Positions 6,063 to 14,462 of a stretch of DNA of 14,462 bases are shown in pieces; the stretch's first letter is position 1, and every line of letters starts with the position of its first letter. Source of the DNA: an uncultured Gammaproteobacteria bacterium. GTDB taxonomy: Bacteria; Patescibacteriota; Patescibacteriia; UBA2591; UBA6264. The notes beneath the pieces were generated by a model. It had not been told where the DNA came from and did not search any database. It saw only the letters and a program-made list of their open reading frames with translations. The DNA is taken from contig CAZTWG010000009.1 in the NCBI GenBank assembly GCA_964617525.1, positions 1 through 14,462 of the forward strand, in the 5' to 3' direction. A program made the translations under genes and the position numbers.

Positions 6063-7076
6063 ATGTCTAAAGCATCGCCAGAGAATATTATTAGTCAGGA
6101 AGAATTGCCAGAAGACAGTGGGGTTGATTTAACTTTACGTCCCAAGACGTTAGAAGAATTTATTGGACAGAAAAAATTAAAAGAAGGGCTTAAGATATTT
6201 ATCCAGGCAGCTAAGCAGAGGGGAGAACCGTTAGAGCATATATTATTTCAAGGTTCTCACGGTTTGGGCAAAACTACGCTTTCGCATATTATAGCTCACG
6301 AGATGGGGGTTAATCTTCAAATTACGTCTGGGCCAGCATTAGAAAGGGCTGGTGACTTGGCTGCTATTCTGACTAGCTTGCCAGAAGGTGGTATTTTGTT
6401 TATTGACGAAATACATCGTCTTAATAGACATATTGAAGAGATTCTTTATCCAGCTATGGAAGAGTGTGCTTTGGATATAATAGTAGGTAAGGGACCTAGC
6501 GCTAAGACCTTACGTTTAGATATTCCTCGTTTCACTTTAGTGGGCGCTACCACTAAACCAAGTTTAATATCTCCTCCGTTACGTGACCGTTTTGGGATGA
6601 CCTATCGTTTAAATTTTTATGAAAATTCAGAAATAGAAGATATTATTAAACGTTCATCTAGGATTTTAAAAATAAATTTAGAGCCCGAAACAGTTTCTGA
6701 GCTAGCTAGGCGTTCTCGCTTTACCCCTCGGATAGCTAATCGTTTGTTAAAAAGAACTAGAGATTTCGCTCAAGTAAGGGGAGAAAAGGTTGTTAAGGTT
6801 GCAACCCTTCTTAGTCTTTTAGATGTTTTGGGTATTGATAATTCTGGGCTTAGTTTTGTAGATCGCGAGATTCTTTCTTCTTTAATTAAAAAATTTGCTG
6901 GCGGGCCAGTAGGACTTAAAACTTTAGCAGCAAGCACTGGCGAAGACTTGGCAAGTATAGAGGAAATATATGAGCCTTACTTAATAAGGCTTGGCTTTCT
7001 AAATAGAACTCCTCGCGGGAGAACAGCGACAAAATTAGCATACCAGCATTTAAAAGATAATACTTTTACGGATTAA
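6063..7076 (+). CDS. ruvB: Holliday junction branch migration ATPase RuvB
   Basis: The N-terminal motif LRPKTLEEFIGQ and Walker A GSHGLGKTT are present. Walker B is ILFIDEIHRL and sensor 1 is LVGATT. The C-terminal winged helix ends PYLIRLGFLNRTPRGR. The ATG at 6063 is preferred over the TTG at 6048. Confidence 0.95.
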   Translation: MSKASPENIISQEELPEDSGVDLTLRPKTLEEFIGQKKLKEGLKIFIQAAKQRGEPLEHILFQGSHGLGKTTLSHIIAHEMGVNLQITSGPALERAGDLAAILTSLPEGGILFIDEIHRLNRHIEEILYPAMEECALDIIVGKGPSAKTLRLDIPRFTLVGATTKPSLISPPLRDRFGMTYRLNFYENSEIEDIIKRSSRILKINLEPETVSELARRSRFTPRIANRLLKRTRDFAQVRGEKVVKVATLLSLLDVLGIDNSGLSFVDREILSSLIKKFAGGPVGLKTLAASTGEDLASIEEIYEPYLIRLGFLNRTPRGRTATKLAYQHLKDNTFTD

Positions 7077-7087
7077 CATATTTTTTT

Positions 7088-8290
7088 ATGAAAACTATTA
7101 GCAAAAAACGAGCCATAACTCTAATCTTTGTGTTTTCTTTTCTTGGTTTTTTGATTGGAGTTTTTTTGAAGAACAATTTTATTACTTCTCCAAAAATAAT
7201 TATTTCTAACCAATCAGCAAGCAGTATCAACGAACAATTTGATGTTTCTTTATTCAAAAAAGTCTGGAATATGATTGAAGAAGATTATGTTGTGCAACCA
7301 ACTTCAGGGAAAGATTTGTTTTATGGTTCTTTAAAAGGGTTGGTAGAAGGTTTAAATGACCCTTATTCTGTTTTTTTAGAGCCAGAATCAGCTAAAAGAT
7401 TTTTAGATGATGTTTCTGGTAGTTTTGAGGGAGTGGGGATAGAGATTGGCGTCAAAGAAAATACATTAACAGTTATAGCTCCGTTGGATTATACTCCTGC
7501 TTTCCGAGCTGGTTTACGTTCAGGGGATAAAATTTATGCTATTGACGGCAAGAGTACTTTGGGTATGGGATTAGATGAAGCCGCACATTTGATTAGGGGC
7601 GAAAAGGGGACTAAAGTTGTTCTAACCATCTTAAGAAAATCAGAGGGAAAAACTAAAGATGTGGAGATTGTTCGCGATACTATTGATATTAAGTCAGTTT
7701 CTTGGGAGTTAAAAGGAGAGAATGATAAAATTGCTTATATTAAAATAACTCATTTTTCTGATGATACTTGGGGAGATTTTCAAAACATCGCTCAAGTTGC
7801 TTTAGCCTCTAACCCAAATGGTTTAATTTTGGATTTACGTAATAATCCTGGTGGATATATGGACACGGCAGTAAATATCGCTGGCTATTGGTTGGGGAAT
7901 GATGTAGTAGTTATTGCTAGAGACTCTAATAATAAAGATAAGGAATATAAATCGTCTGGTCCTAGATATTTTGACAATTTACCAACTATTATTTTAGTGA
8001 ATCAAGGATCTGCCTCTGCCTCGGAGATTTTAGCTGGAGCTATGCAGGATTATAAAAAGGCAACAGTTTTAGGCACTCAAACATTTGGCAAAGGCTCTGT
8101 TCAGGAATTAAAAAATTTAGCTGATGGCTCAGCGCTTAAACTTACTATTGCTAATTGGTATACACCGTTAAATCGTTCTTTTAATGAAGAAGGAATTACC
8201 CCAGACGTGGAGGTGGAAATAACAGAAGAGGATTATTTAGAAAATAAAGATCCCCAGTTGATTAGAGCTTTGGAAATTTTGAGTAAATAA
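7088..8290 (+). CDS. ctpA: S41 family carboxyl-terminal processing peptidase with N-terminal membrane anchor and PDZ domain
   Basis: The sequence shows GVGIEIG and a PDZ segment PAFRAGLRSGDKIYAIDG. It also shows LILDLRNNPGG, the catalytic Ser region VNQGSASASEILAGA, and GTQTFGKGSVQ. Confidence 0.9.
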   Translation: MKTISKKRAITLIFVFSFLGFLIGVFLKNNFITSPKIIISNQSASSINEQFDVSLFKKVWNMIEEDYVVQPTSGKDLFYGSLKGLVEGLNDPYSVFLEPESAKRFLDDVSGSFEGVGIEIGVKENTLTVIAPLDYTPAFRAGLRSGDKIYAIDGKSTLGMGLDEAAHLIRGEKGTKVVLTILRKSEGKTKDVEIVRDTIDIKSVSWELKGENDKIAYIKITHFSDDTWGDFQNIAQVALASNPNGLILDLRNNPGGYMDTAVNIAGYWLGNDVVVIARDSNNKDKEYKSSGPRYFDNLPTIILVNQGSASASEILAGAMQDYKKATVLGTQTFGKGSVQELKNLADGSALKLTIANWYTPLNRSFNEEGITPDVEVEITEEDYLENKDPQLIRALEILSK

Positions 8291-8292
8291 AA

Positions 8293-8319
8293 TCCCATGT
8301 TAATATTATTAACGTGGGA
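8293..8319. terminator. Bidirectional hairpin terminator between convergent ctpA and rpmA
   Basis: tcccatgttaata / tattaacgtggga forms a roughly 12-bp stem with one G:U pair. On the minus strand TTTTATTT follows; on the + strand a weaker ttatttgttt follows. Confidence 0.55.
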
Positions 8320-8346
8320 CGATTATTTGTTTGAATTTAAGAATAT

Positions 8347-8646
8347 TTATTTTTTCTTTTTTGCCAAAGAAGCATCCTTGACATTAACGTATTTTTTTAA
8401 ACGTAAACGACTGTCAAATCGGACAGCTTTTTTTTTGCTAAAGCAAACTACTCCATTCTTTAAGGAATAAAGTGTGTCATCTCTTCCTCGACGTACTCCT
8501 TCTCCTGGATGGAATCTAGTTCCTCTTTGCCTGACAATAATTGTTCCGGGTTTCACCCTTTCACCACCGAAAGCCTTAACTCCAAGTCTTTGTCCTTGAG
8601 AGTCACGGCCTAGAGATGTTGAACCACCTGCTTTTTTATGTGACAT
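8347..8646 (-). CDS. rpmA: 50S ribosomal protein L27
   Basis: [24 protein letters not shown]...[15 protein letters not shown] is the canonical L27 sequence. A Lys-rich tail follows. Confidence 0.95.
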   Translation of the reverse strand: MSHKKAGGSTSLGRDSQGQRLGVKAFGGERVKPGTIIVRQRGTRFHPGEGVRRGRDDTLYSLKNGVVCFSKKKAVRFDSRLRLKKYVNVKDASLAKKKK

Positions 8647-8891
8647 ATTTACAATTTATATACACAACAAAATTAATACTGTTGCTTATCTTATTAATAT
8701 TTAATTATTCTATCATCTTTATAATTTATGTCAATTATTTATTTTTTAATTGTTTAACGTTATTGAGTATAGCGAACAATAAGGTTCTGCGAAAGTAGCT
8801 AGAATATTCTTGTGATATACTATCAATTTTTACTTTTATTGACAAAGAGTCCAATGAATTTAATTTTTAGGTGATTTAAAGATAAAAAATA

Positions 8892-9260
8892 ATGATTAAA
8901 AGGATTTTTCAAAATATTTTTGATATAGACTTTTGGAAAGAATCTAAAATTCGTTTTCCGATAATAGCTAGTTTAATTCTAAATATTTTTATTTGGCTTT
9001 ATATTATTTTTAATTTTTTGGGGGTTAAGGGTTTTGTTCCATTGCATTATAATATTTTTTCTGGCGTTGACACAATTGGTTCTTGGTCAAGATTATTTAT
9101 TCCTGTTTTATTTGGGTTTTTAATTTTAATCGTTAATTCAAGTTTGGCCTTTCATTTCTATTCTAGAGGGGAAAGAAGAATTGTTTTTGTTTTATTGAAT
9201 AGTTGTCTAACGTCTCATATAATTTTATTATTAGCTATTTTATTAATTGTTGGTTTTTAA
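8892..9260 (+). CDS. Hypothetical integral membrane protein, 122 aa
   Basis: Intact ORF with three or four hydrophobic segments. It ends 2 nt before the ATG of the SEDS gene. Confidence 0.55.
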   Translation: MIKRIFQNIFDIDFWKESKIRFPIIASLILNIFIWLYIIFNFLGVKGFVPLHYNIFSGVDTIGSWSRLFIPVLFGFLILIVNSSLAFHFYSRGERRIVFVLLNSCLTSHIILLLAILLIVGF

Positions 9261-9262
9261 CT

Positions 9263-10381
9263 ATGCCAAAGGAACATTTTAAAACTCACGCTCCTGATTA
9301 TTCTCTAATTTTTGGTTTTATTGTTTTGATTGTTTCGGGTCTTATAATGTTAACCTCCGCTAGTTATTTTATTGGTTGTCATAAGTTGAATAATTGTTAT
9401 TTTTATTTAAAACACCAGTTATTATATGGAATGCTTCCAGGATTAATTATTCTTTTTCTTTTGTCACATTTTAACTATCACAAACTTAAAAAAATAGCCG
9501 TACCTGTTCTAGTTGTGATAATTTTTCTTTTAATTTTAATCCTGCTCCCTCAATTTGGGGTTACTAGGGGTCAGTCGCAACGTTGGTTAAAGATAGGTGG
9601 TATTACTTTTCAGCCATCAGAGGCTATTAAATTAGCTTTTTTGCTCTTTTTGTCTGCATGGTTGTCTAAAAGACAGACAGATGTTAAGAGTTTCGGCAGG
9701 GTATTTATTCCCTTTGTTGCTTTGTTGACAATTGTTTCTCTTTTGATTATTCCTCAAAAAGATTTAAGCACATTAATAATAATAATTTCTTCTGCTTTTT
9801 CTATCTATTTTATGGCTGGAGCTCCTCTTTTGTATTGCGGTTATCTTTCTGCGGGTTTAACCTTAGTCGTGGCGCTTGCTATTAAATATCAGCCATATCG
9901 CTGGGAACGTTTTTTAGTTTTTTCTAAATCTTCAGATATAGATATTTTGGGAATTGGTTATCACGTAAATCAAGCACTTTCAGCTATTGTTTCTGGTGGA
10001 ATTTTTGGCAAAGGGCTAGGGCATTCTGCTCAAAAGATTTCTCGTCTTCCAGAAGTTATTAGTGATTCTATTTTTGCAGTTACAGCCGAAGAGTTGGGAT
10101 TTATTCTTACAGCATTTTTAGTAATTGTTTATTTTTTTGTTGCTTATCGTATTTTTAAGATTGCTTTTTTGTCTAGCGATAAATTTGGTAGAATTTTGGC
10201 GGGAGGGATTGGGGTTTGGTTTGTTCTGCAATCTTCTATTAATATGGGTGGCATGCTAGGGCTTATTCCTATGACGGGGGTACCTCTACCGTTTATGAGC
10301 TATGGGAGTTCTAATCTTATTGTTTTTTTAGCAGCTTTTGGAATTCTTATTAACATTTCAAAACAGACTAAAATTTGTTAA
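9263..10381 (+). CDS. SEDS family peptidoglycan glycosyltransferase (FtsW/RodA/SpoVE)
   Basis: The SEDS signature RWLKIGGITFQPSE is present, along with the motifs LPEVISDSIFAVTAEELG and PLPFMSYGSS, and about 10 TM segments. The ATG at 9263 (MPKEHF) is preferred over the track start at 9203, which overlaps the upstream gene. Confidence 0.9.
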   Translation: MPKEHFKTHAPDYSLIFGFIVLIVSGLIMLTSASYFIGCHKLNNCYFYLKHQLLYGMLPGLIILFLLSHFNYHKLKKIAVPVLVVIIFLLILILLPQFGVTRGQSQRWLKIGGITFQPSEAIKLAFLLFLSAWLSKRQTDVKSFGRVFIPFVALLTIVSLLIIPQKDLSTLIIIISSAFSIYFMAGAPLLYCGYLSAGLTLVVALAIKYQPYRWERFLVFSKSSDIDILGIGYHVNQALSAIVSGGIFGKGLGHSAQKISRLPEVISDSIFAVTAEELGFILTAFLVIVYFFVAYRIFKIAFLSSDKFGRILAGGIGVWFVLQSSINMGGMLGLIPMTGVPLPFMSYGSSNLIVFLAAFGILINISKQTKIC

Positions 10382-10412
10382 TATTTAGTTATACTATATT
10401 ATAGTTTTCGTT

Positions 10413-11543
10413 ATGAATGATAAAAGAATTAATTTAATTGACAGGGTCTATACTCCGCATCGTTCTGAGGAGGCTTATGCCAATCGCAATATCAAAAGAA
10501 AAAAGATTTGGCGGAATTTTAAGATACTATTTTTTCTTTTAATTTTTTTGAGTATTTTTTTCTCACAAGCTATTGTTTCTAAAAATAGCTTTTTAGGTAA
10601 TTTTGGAAAACTTTCTTTTTGGGAGGGAGTAGCAAAAATGGCTATCGGTAAAGATAAAATACTCAAAGGAGAATTGTCAGACAGGGTTAATATTTTAATT
10701 TTGGGTATGGGTGGGGCCCAACATGAAGGCCCTTATTTAACAGATTCTATTATTTTAGCCAGTATAAAACCTTCATCTCATCAAGTTGCTCTTTTGTCAA
10801 TCCCTCGTGATCTTTACGTGCCTATTCCTAAATATGGCTGGCAAAGAATTAACTTTGCAAACGCTTTGGGCGTAGCTCGCTCTAAAGATGGAGGGGAGTT
10901 AGCTAGCGAAGTGGTTAGTGATGTTTTGGATGTCCCCATCCATTATTGGGTTCGTGCGGATTTTCAAATTTTTAAAAAAATAATTGACGAATTAGGGGGG
11001 TTAGAAGTAGATGTGGATAAAAGTTTTGTGGACCATCAATTCCCTGGACTTAATTATCAATCTAGAACGGTTAGCTTTGAAGCTGGTTTACAGACAATGG
11101 ATGGGGATAGGGCCTTGCAATTTGTGCGCTCTAGACACGGAGGCAATGGAGAGAATTCTGACTTTGCTCGCAGCAAAAGACAGCAAAAAATTTTAATTGC
11201 TATTGCTAATAAAGTTTTAGACCAGAATATTTTAGCTAATCCTCAAAGAACGTTAAGTTTTTACAATATTCTTGAGAATAATATTAGTAGTAATTTAGAT
11301 GTTAGCCAAATGATTAGGCTGGCACGATTAGCCAGCTATACACCATTTGAAAATATTATTACCAAAGTTATTGAAATAGGTCCTGAAGGATTATTGGAAC
11401 AAACAATTATGGAAAATGGAGCCTATGTTTTAAAAACTAAGACTGGAGATTTTAAAGAATTAGCAAAATTAGCAAAAAATATTTTTTCAGTAGAAACTAT
11501 TCCAGAAGCCGAAAACTCACTTGGGGATCTAAACCCAAAATAG
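10413..11543 (+). CDS. LytR-CpsA-Psr (LCP) family cell-envelope phosphotransferase
   Basis: An N-terminal TM segment is followed by NILILGMGG, TDSIILASI, SIPRDLYV, GGLEVDV, and DGDRALQFVRSRH. Confidence 0.9.
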   Translation: MNDKRINLIDRVYTPHRSEEAYANRNIKRKKIWRNFKILFFLLIFLSIFFSQAIVSKNSFLGNFGKLSFWEGVAKMAIGKDKILKGELSDRVNILILGMGGAQHEGPYLTDSIILASIKPSSHQVALLSIPRDLYVPIPKYGWQRINFANALGVARSKDGGELASEVVSDVLDVPIHYWVRADFQIFKKIIDELGGLEVDVDKSFVDHQFPGLNYQSRTVSFEAGLQTMDGDRALQFVRSRHGGNGENSDFARSKRQQKILIAIANKVLDQNILANPQRTLSFYNILENNISSNLDVSQMIRLARLASYTPFENIITKVIEIGPEGLLEQTIMENGAYVLKTKTGDFKELAKLAKNIFSVETIPEAENSLGDLNPK

Positions 11544-11558
11544 ACTAATATTTTATTT

Positions 11559-12896
11559 ATGGTCAAAATTGCCTTAGTAGGACAAGCTAATGTTGGTAAG
11601 TCAACCTTATTTAATCGCTTAATATCTGAATCTAAAGCGATTACTTCTGATATTCCTGGGACTACGCGTGATAGAAATTATGGAGTTTGTGAATGGCGAG
11701 GAGAAGAAATTACTTTCATTGACACGGGTGGGTTGATTGAAGGGCAGGATATTTTTAAAAAAGAAGTAATTAAACATATCAATATTGCTATCGAAGAGTC
11801 TGATTTTATTTTCTTTATATTGGAAATCAAGTCACCAGATATTCCAATTTCTAATTTAGAAAGAGAAATAAGCCATTTGATTAAAAAATCAAAAAAACCT
11901 TGTTTTTTGATATTAAACAAGGCAGATAATCCAGCTAAAAGGGAGTGGGGCTTAAGCCCATATTGGTTGAAAATGGGATTAGGAGAACCCTTTTGCGTTT
12001 CCGCTCTTAATGGTAGTGGGGTTGGTGATTTATTAGATTATGTAACCGAACAAATAAAAGAAAAATCTTTGACATCGATAGATGACAATCAAGAGAAGTT
12101 GCCTTTGATTAAAGTAGCTATTATTGGCAAACCTAATGTGGGAAAATCAACTTTACTTAATTCTCTTTTGGGAGAAGAAAAAGTTATTGTTTCCTCCGTG
12201 TCTCACACTACGCGTGGACCACAGGACAGCTTATTAAGCGTAGGAGAAAATGATTTTCTTTTGATTGATACCGCTGGGATTCGACGTAAGGCAAGAATTA
12301 AAGCGGTCATTGAGAAAATTGGGGTTCGTCGTTCTCTAGCGATCATTGAACGCGCAGATATCATTTTAATGGTTATTGATATCGCTTCCTCTTTAAGCCA
12401 TCAGGATAAGGCTTTGGTTGATTTAATTATTAAAAAAGATAAAGGATTGATATTTGTTATCAATAAATGTGATTTGGTCCCTAGGCAAAAATTTAAAAGA
12501 GAAGACTTTGATCTTAATTTAGGTTCCTGGGCTCCAGCTATTTTTGTTTCTGCCAAGGAAGGAAAAAATGTTCAAGAGATATTTAGCTTGATTGTTAGAG
12601 TGCAAAAAAATTGTTTTCGCAGAATAACTGAACTAAAGTTAAATGAATTTTTGAGATCAACGGTGAAGAGGAAAAAACTTCCTTCTGATATTTGGGCAAA
12701 GGTTCATGCCATACAAACTGATGTTTGTCCTCCAGATTTTTTATTCTTAGCTCCTTCAATTGTTCTTAGACGGAAGTCTATTAATCCAGCTCAAATTAAT
12801 ATTATAGAGAAAGCGCTTAGAAGAAGATGGGATTTTGTTGGGACTCCTATTAAGATTACGCTAACAAATAAGTCGGGTAATCGGGTCCACGGGTAA
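11559..12896 (+). CDS. der: Ribosome-associated GTPase Der (EngA), tandem GTPase domains plus KH-like C-terminus
   Basis: There are two G domains. The first has GQANVGKSTLFNRL, DTGG and NKAD. The second has GKPNVGKSTLLNSL, DTAGIRRK and NKCD. Confidence 0.95.
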   Translation: MVKIALVGQANVGKSTLFNRLISESKAITSDIPGTTRDRNYGVCEWRGEEITFIDTGGLIEGQDIFKKEVIKHINIAIEESDFIFFILEIKSPDIPISNLEREISHLIKKSKKPCFLILNKADNPAKREWGLSPYWLKMGLGEPFCVSALNGSGVGDLLDYVTEQIKEKSLTSIDDNQEKLPLIKVAIIGKPNVGKSTLLNSLLGEEKVIVSSVSHTTRGPQDSLLSVGENDFLLIDTAGIRRKARIKAVIEKIGVRRSLAIIERADIILMVIDIASSLSHQDKALVDLIIKKDKGLIFVINKCDLVPRQKFKREDFDLNLGSWAPAIFVSAKEGKNVQEIFSLIVRVQKNCFRRITELKLNEFLRSTVKRKKLPSDIWAKVHAIQTDVCPPDFLFLAPSIVLRRKSINPAQINIIEKALRRRWDFVGTPIKITLTNKSGNRVHG

Positions 12897-12955
12897 TTGG
12901 GCAATCAAGCCCCCTAATTAACAAAGGCTCCAAGCGCCTAGTTAACCAATGTTAT

Positions 12956-13510
12956 ATGACTATAATTGTAGGTTTAGGTAATCCTGGTTCAAAATATCAA
13001 AAAACTCGCCACAATATTGGGCAAGTGATTTTGAAAAAATTTGCTAATAATTTTTATTTTCCAAAGTTTAAATTAGATAAAAATTTGCAAGCGCATATTT
13101 CTAAAAAGGACGATGTTTTGTTGGCTTTGCCTACTACTTTTATGAATGAATCAGGTGTCAGCGTAAAACGATTAGTCAAAAAAGATGACCAATTATCTAG
13201 CCTTTGGATAATCCATGATGATTTAGATTTAGATATAGGAAGGGTAAAAATATCTTTTAATAGCTCTTCAGCTGGGCACAAAGGAGTCCAATCAGTTATT
13301 GATAAATTGGGAAATAAAAATTTTGTTCGTTTTAGAATAGGAATATAAAAATTAGATACAAGTTTTGTTGATGTTAAAAAATTTGTTTTACAGAAATTTA
13401 ACAGAAAGGAAAAAAAGATTATTGATCAATCCATTGATTTAACGTGCGAGGAGATTAATTTTATGTTAGAGCAAGGTATAGAAAAAGCGCGTGCTAAATA
13501 TAATTCTTAA
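12956..13510 (+). pseudogene. pth: Peptidyl-tRNA hydrolase Pth interrupted by one in-frame TAA (13346-13348); same frame continues to TAA at 13508-13510
   Basis: The N-terminal part carries GLGNPG, TRHNIG, TTFMNESG, HDDLDL and RFRIGI, then the stop. The same frame continues KLDTSFVDVKKFVLQKFNRKEKKIIDQSID..., which aligns with the conserved C-terminal VLxKFxxxE segment. The total of 184 codons is a normal Pth length. Confidence 0.8.
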
Positions 13511-13515
13511 AAAAT

Positions 13516-13541
13516 GTGGCTCTTGTTTTAACAAGAGCCAC
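13516..13541. terminator. Hairpin terminator between convergent pth and the lipoprotein gene
   Basis: gtggctcttgtt / aacaagagccac gives a perfect stem of about 10-11 bp. On the minus strand ATTTTTT follows, so it suits the lipoprotein gene best. Confidence 0.6.
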
Positions 13542-13550
13542 TAAAGATTG

Positions 13551-13913
13551 CTAGTTTAGCTGAAAGTATGTTGTTGCTTCCAGCAATTCGTTTTCGTCAT
13601 TTCTAACCCTTACGGTTAGTTTCATCTTGTTTCCTCTCGAAAAAAATGCAGAAATAGTTTTTATTTTCCCTCTGCCGACATGTCCATCGTAAATTTCTAA
13701 ATATTCGTATCCAGATACTCGGCGGGAAATCTGGACATGAGCAGAGTTCCAGTTTTGGTTCTGAATCTCAATTTCCTGATTTTCAAAGTCAAAATGAACC
13801 TGAACGTTCAGTAGAATTATATCTTCGTTAGGGCCCAAAAGGTCCCAACGAGCACAACTGGAAAATAGTATTACGATCAAACCTATTACTAACAACGAAA
13901 ATAAATCTTTCAT
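13551..13913 (-). CDS. Small putative lipoprotein, 120 aa
   Basis: Signal peptide MKDLFSLLVIGLIVILFSSC carries a lipobox-like FSSC. A strong SD (AAGGAGGA) lies 7-8 nt upstream of the ATG. Confidence 0.7.
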   Translation of the reverse strand: MKDLFSLLVIGLIVILFSSCARWDLLGPNEDIILLNVQVHFDFENQEIEIQNQNWNSAHVQISRRVSGYEYLEIYDGHVGRGKIKTISAFFSRGNKMKLTVRVRNDENELLEATTYFQLN

Positions 13914-13951
13914 TTTTTGTTCCTCCTTTGAAAGAATTTTTTCTTCACTTT

Positions 13952-14053
13952 TCTATCTACCAGTGCAAGGCTTACGCTTGACAAGCAAGATCAACCTTGA
14001 CTTGTGGCTACTTCCCAGTTAGGAGGGATGACTGGTTTTGCCGCTGATAGACA
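13952..14053 (-). other. GC-rich structured leader or candidate small RNA upstream of the lipoprotein gene
   Basis: On the + strand, tctatc (13952-13957) pairs with gataga (14048-14053). actggt (14031-14036) can pair with either accagt (13959-13964) or ccagt (14015-14019). There is an internal hairpin acaag-caa/ttg-a-cttgt (13981-14007). On the minus strand the loop CATCCCTCCTA is complementary to the downstream SD. Confidence 0.3.
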
Positions 14054-14269
14054 GAAAGCTAAAGAAAACCGTAAGAACCGTTCTTTGTTAGCGCTTATAT
14101 TCAAAGTATTACAGATTTTGAGAATTTGTCAATGGGAGTTTTGATATTCTGCTCCAATCTTCCAATGTCTTTACCTGTGCATAACTTTTTTTAAAAATGT
14201 GTTATACTTTTAATACAACAAAATAATATTTTAATATTTTATAAATAAATAATATTTAAAAGTTATCTT

Positions 14270-14462
14270 ATGGAAAATAAACAAAATCATAAAAAAGGTT
14301 TTACTCTAATTGAACTTTTAGTTGTAGTCGCAATTATGGGTATGTTGGCGGCTTTAGCTGTTGTTTCTTTAAATAATGCTAGACAAAGAGCCAGAGACGC
14401 CAGACGTGTTTCTGATATTAAACAAATTCAGACCGCTTTAGAACTTTATTTTTTAGATAATG
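14270..14462 (+). CDS. Type IV pilin/pseudopilin-like protein, 5' partial (runs off the window)
   Basis: MENKQNHKKGFTLIELLVVVAIMGMLAALAV contains the prepilin cleavage/N-methylation motif G|FTLIEL followed by a hydrophobic helix. Confidence 0.85.
   Translation, partial: MENKQNHKKGFTLIELLVVVAIMGMLAALAVVSLNNARQRARDARRVSDIKQIQTALELYFLDN

Noticed and set aside
8347-8646. rpmA stands alone without rplU upstream
   Set aside because: This is unusual relative to the common rplU-rpmA arrangement. However, gene-order scrambling is frequent in reduced genomes, and rplU may simply be elsewhere, so it is not evidence of anything on its own.
9203-9262. Longer N-terminus for the SEDS protein, overlapping the 122-aa gene
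   Set aside because: The extension is just the alternative frame of the upstream gene's 3' end. The ATG at 9263 gives a typical short cytoplasmic N-terminus (MPKEHFK...) and a 2-nt gap.
839-13281. Antisense or shadow ORFs in the track: 839-1027, 1532-1774, 3697-3945, 3952-4239, 7066-7257, 8616-8798, 10475-10666, 11011-11196, 11678-11920, 13054-13281, and also 5311-5496
   Set aside because: Almost all lie inside or opposite strongly supported conserved CDSs, and all have low-complexity or hydrophobic translations typical of AT-rich shadow frames. 8616-8798 and 5311-5496 lie mostly in spacers but show no start context or motif.
13346-13348. Alternative genetic code to explain the in-frame stop in pth and the TGA/TAA stops in the 5183-5551 frame
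   Set aside because: All long, well-conserved CDSs in the window are uninterrupted under the standard bacterial code. Every gene end I read uses TAA or TAG as its terminator (for example ruvB, ctpA, rpmA, der, the SEDS gene, the LCP gene and mraY). So there is no evidence for stop-codon reassignment in this window.
13990-14050. SRP (4.5S) RNA-like string on the minus strand (ACCAG..TCA...GGAAG.AGCCA)
   Set aside because: Only scattered identities were found. No GNRA-capped helix 8 with the symmetric and asymmetric loops can be drawn, and the hairpin loop is 11 nt.
14028-14144. 38-codon + strand ORF (MTGFAADRQKAKENRKNRSLLALIFKVLQILRICQWEF) preceded by AGGAGG
   Set aside because: The SD-to-ATG spacing is only 1 nt and no family is recognisable. 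The AGGAGG is better explained as the complement of the anti-SD loop of a minus-strand leader. It remains a low-probability alternative.

Overview
The window is visibly AT-rich and gene-dense. Its gene content looks bacterial and CPR/Patescibacteria-like: small genes, type IV pilin, LCP, SEDS, minimal housekeeping set. That lineage call is inference only. Minus-strand block at 249-5189: a 135-aa basic hypothetical, a DUF1611/DgcN-like protein, MraY, a 232-aa protein with an NlpC/P60-like Cys/His motif, an ATP-grasp ligase, tRNA-Ala(UGC) and a small membrane protein. Plus-strand block at 6063-13510: RuvB, an S41 C-terminal processing protease, a 122-aa membrane protein, an FtsW/RodA-family protein, an LCP protein, Der/EngA and Pth. 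L27 (minus strand) is inserted convergently within that block. The window ends with a small lipoprotein (minus strand) and the 5' end of a type IV pilin-like gene. Four things deserve a second look. (1) The tRNA-Ile(UAU) locus has exact extra copies of its 5' half and its 3' half, both ending at wobble base 34, and a long leader/trailer fold-back. (2) MraY sits outside a dcw cluster, in a tight operon with an ATP-grasp ligase, a Cys/His hydrolase-like protein and DUF1611. (3) pth is interrupted by a single in-frame TAA at the conserved RIGIG glycine. (4) Several GC-rich structured islands lie in otherwise AT-rich spacers. No CRISPR array, transposase, integrase or recognisable defence gene was seen.
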